Shown here in pieces: positions 62,074 to 64,000 of a DNA stretch of 64,000 nt (position 1 is the stretch's first letter; every line of letters begins with the position of its first letter). Source of the DNA: an uncultured Chloroflexia bacterium (GTDB lineage: Bacteria > Chloroflexota > Limnocylindria > Limnocylindrales > CSP1-4). The position numbers were made by a program, and so were the translations under genes. The stretch covers positions 864,001 through 928,000 of the forward strand of contig CAWFXA010000002.1 of assembly GCA_963819655.1 (NCBI GenBank). Reading direction: 5' to 3'. Under the pieces are notes generated by a model, which was not told where the DNA came from, ran no database searches, and saw only the letters and a program-made list of their open reading frames with translations.

Positions 62074-62349
62074 TCAGCCGACTCGTTCGGTGAGGTGGAC
62101 GGTGACAACGTCGCCTTCCCGCTTGTCGAGCAGCCGGCGCAGGTCGGCCTTGATCGGCAGCTTGTGGCTGCCATCGCCGAGCGCCATGAAGGAACTGCGG
62201 AAGGGATGCCCATCGACGGTCCCGACCACCTTGACGAGGCCGCGGGTCCCGAAGTACGCGGCAGTCCAGTCGGTCACGACGTAGGTCCAGCCGCCCGCCG
62301 CGGGGCTCTTCTGCAACGGTGCACTGAACGTCCTGTCGAGCGAGGTCAT
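62074..62349 (-). CDS. DUF1905 domain protein
   Basis: [35 protein letters not shown]...K.EGD.V. Confidence 0.85.
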   Translation of the reverse strand: MTSLDRTFSAPLQKSPAAGGWTYVVTDWTAAYFGTRGLVKVVGTVDGHPFRSSFMALGDGSHKLPIKADLRRLLDKREGDVVTVHLTERVG

Positions 62350-62726
62350 GACATGTCCTCGACGACGTAGAAGCGGTTGCCGTCGGGGTCGTCGAACGTG
62401 TACATCGGTGGCACGCCGTCCAACCGCAGCATCTCGCCAGCGTTCACGCCGCGCTCCAGCATCACGGTGTGCTCCGCTTCGGCGTCGGGCACCGTGAACC
62501 GGATCCCGGTGTCGGCGCCGACGTCCGTCGCGTTCTCAGTGGCCTGGAGCGCGATCGACGTCGACGCCCCCGGCGGGGCGACCTCGATCCAGCGCATCGT
62601 CGGGCTGATCGGGGCATCGAGCCGCTTCTCGAAGCCGAGGTTCGTGACGTAGAACTCGATGGCGGCGTCCTGGTCGGCGACGGTGACGCCGATCGTGCGG
62701 ACGCCCTCGATGGTGGTCGATGGCAT
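62346..62726 (-). CDS. VOC (glyoxalase/bleomycin resistance) family protein
   Basis: [28 protein letters not shown]. Confidence 0.88.
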   Translation of the reverse strand: MPSTTIEGVRTIGVTVADQDAAIEFYVTNLGFEKRLDAPISPTMRWIEVAPPGASTSIALQATENATDVGADTGIRFTVPDAEAEHTVMLERGVNAGEMLRLDGVPPMYTFDDPDGNRFYVVEDMS

Positions 62727-62743
62727 CGTCGGTCTCCTTTGCC

Positions 62744-63502
62744 TTAGCGCTCGCCGTACATCAGCGAGCCCGGGGTGGTGAGGGTTTCGCCGGTCTCGAG
62801 CCAGGTCTTCAGGCCGGACAGGATCATCGGCCAGCCGCCGTAGAGCTCCTCCGGCGCGGTCTCGCTGAGCTGGTCGTGGGTCACGGTCAGCCGGCACGAG
62901 TCGCCGACTGGCTCGATCTCCCAGGTCACACGCGATGTGGCTTCACGCTCGGCGTCCTGGCCCCACTTCGCATTCATCGTCTGGACCAGCCGGCGCGGCG
63001 GATCGACCTCGAGGTTCTCGCCCTCGACGAGCGGCCCATCGGCGCCCGGGTGGTTCAGCGCGTAGGGCGAGCCCGGTGTCCAGTCGGACTCGATCCGGGC
63101 GCCGAAGTGGTACTTGGATCGGATCGTCGGGTCGGTGATCGCTTGCCAGAGGCGTTCCGGGGTCGTGCGGATGTAGATCTCGAAGACCTTCTCCATGTGT
63201 GTCTCCAGCTCGGTTTTCAGGCCGGTCAGGCCGGCCGCCCACGGTTCGGTGTACTTGCTCACCCAGCGGTCGTGGAGGAGGCGGATCGGCACCGGGTTGA
63301 GGTAGTGCAGCTTCTCCCGTCCCCGGCGCCTGCTCACCACGAGACCGGCGTCCTCGAGCAAGCCCAGGTGCTTCGCCACAGCGACCCTGGTCATGTCGTG
63401 TCGCGCGGTCAGCGCCGCAAGGGTCTGGCCGTCGCGCTCGAACAGCGCGTCGAGCAGGGCTCGGCGTGTCGGATCGGCGAGGGCCCGGAAGACCGTCTCC
63501 AT
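62744..63502 (-). CDS. ArsR-type HTH fused to an SRPBCC/AHA1 domain
   Basis: VFRALADPTRR..HLGLLEDAGLV plus IYIRTTPERLWQAITDP...GGWPMILSGLKT. Confidence 0.9.
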   Translation of the reverse strand: METVFRALADPTRRALLDALFERDGQTLAALTARHDMTRVAVAKHLGLLEDAGLVVSRRRGREKLHYLNPVPIRLLHDRWVSKYTEPWAAGLTGLKTELETHMEKVFEIYIRTTPERLWQAITDPTIRSKYHFGARIESDWTPGSPYALNHPGADGPLVEGENLEVDPPRRLVQTMNAKWGQDAEREATSRVTWEIEPVGDSCRLTVTHDQLSETAPEELYGGWPMILSGLKTWLETGETLTTPGSLMYGER

Positions 63503-63509
63503 ACTGGAC

Positions 63510-63539
63510 ACAATAGGAAACCATATGGTTTCCTGTCAA
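63510..63539 (-). promoter_or_regulatory. promoter with perfect 20-bp palindrome (putative ArsR operator)
   Basis: TTGACA-18-TATTGT, 7 nt before ATG63502; AGGAAACCATATGGTTTCCT at 63515-63534. Confidence 0.8.
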
Positions 63540-63638
63540 GTCCCACAATCCGCTCTGCGATGGTCACGGTGTGGCGTTCACGGTGCGACGTTCACGCGGT
63601 AGAGTCCGAGCAGGCGCGCACGCTGGGAGGATCCGACG

Positions 63639-64000
63639 ATGTCGATGGCGACGGCGATCGAGGGAGACCCACCGCGAGCGGACAAGCAACCGGAGCTGAA
63701 GCGGGTCATCGGCCCCAGGCTCCTGTTGTTCTTCGTCGTCGGCGACATCCTGGGCACCGGCATCTATGCGCTGACGGGCCAGGTCGCGGGCGTCGTCGGC
63801 GGGGCGGCCTGGCTCTCGTTCGCCCTGTCGTTCGTCGTTGCGCTCTTCACCGCGACCTCCTATGTCGAGCTCGTCACGAAGTACCCGAAGGCTGCAGGCG
63901 CTGCCCTGTACACGCATCGGGCATGGGCCATCCCGTTCCTGACGTTCCTCGTCGCCTTCACGGTCATGGCGTCGGGCCTGACGTCCGCCAGCGCCGCCGC
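63639..64000 (+). CDS. APC family amino acid permease (5' part)
   Basis: Not in ORF track. LKRVIGPRLLLFFVVGDILGTGIYALTGQVAG...SYVELVTKYPKAAGAALY; GGAGG RBS. Confidence 0.9.
   Translation, partial: MSMATAIEGDPPRADKQPELKRVIGPRLLLFFVVGDILGTGIYALTGQVAGVVGGAAWLSFALSFVVALFTATSYVELVTKYPKAAGAALYTHRAWAIPFLTFLVAFTVMASGLTSASAA

Noticed and set aside
1-64000. Numerous long antisense and overlapping ORFs
   Set aside because: Expected at this GC content; they mirror real genes and lack motifs

Overview
GC-rich (roughly 70%) bacterial chromosome segment. Gene content and style suggest a monoderm Chloroflexota-like organism, possibly Limnocylindria/Ellin6529 (inference). Order: 3' end of a c-di-AMP receptor (DarA/PstA), DinB, NUDIX and guaB3; an accessory two-component/lipoprotein block; guaA; a UPF0182 / zinc-ribbon membrane protein / CPBP protease cluster; a candidate structured RNA; radC-mreB-mreC; then a ~32 kb surface-glycan locus. 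That locus holds rmlABDC, two secreted FlgD-repeat enzymes, a polyprenol-P-mannose synthase, a WbpA/B/E/D/I-type diacetamido-uronic acid pathway, many glycosyltransferases and wzm/wzt. It is followed by a PPIase, mazG-rph-rdgB-LOG, an LCP protein, a TetR/mgsA module with two visible operators, an ArsR-SRPBCC/VOC/DUF1905 operon and the start of an APC permease. Several genes are frameshifted, most likely by sequencing indels. No rRNA, tRNA, CRISPR array or transposase was recognised. Best leads: a putative Ca-binding clan CD protease paired with a GH18 FlgD protein, the UPF0182/zinc-ribbon/CPBP module, the TetR-controlled small Cys/His protein plus mgsA, a 6S-like hairpin before radC, a tail-anchored 15-residue-repeat protein, and widespread apparent leaderless transcription.
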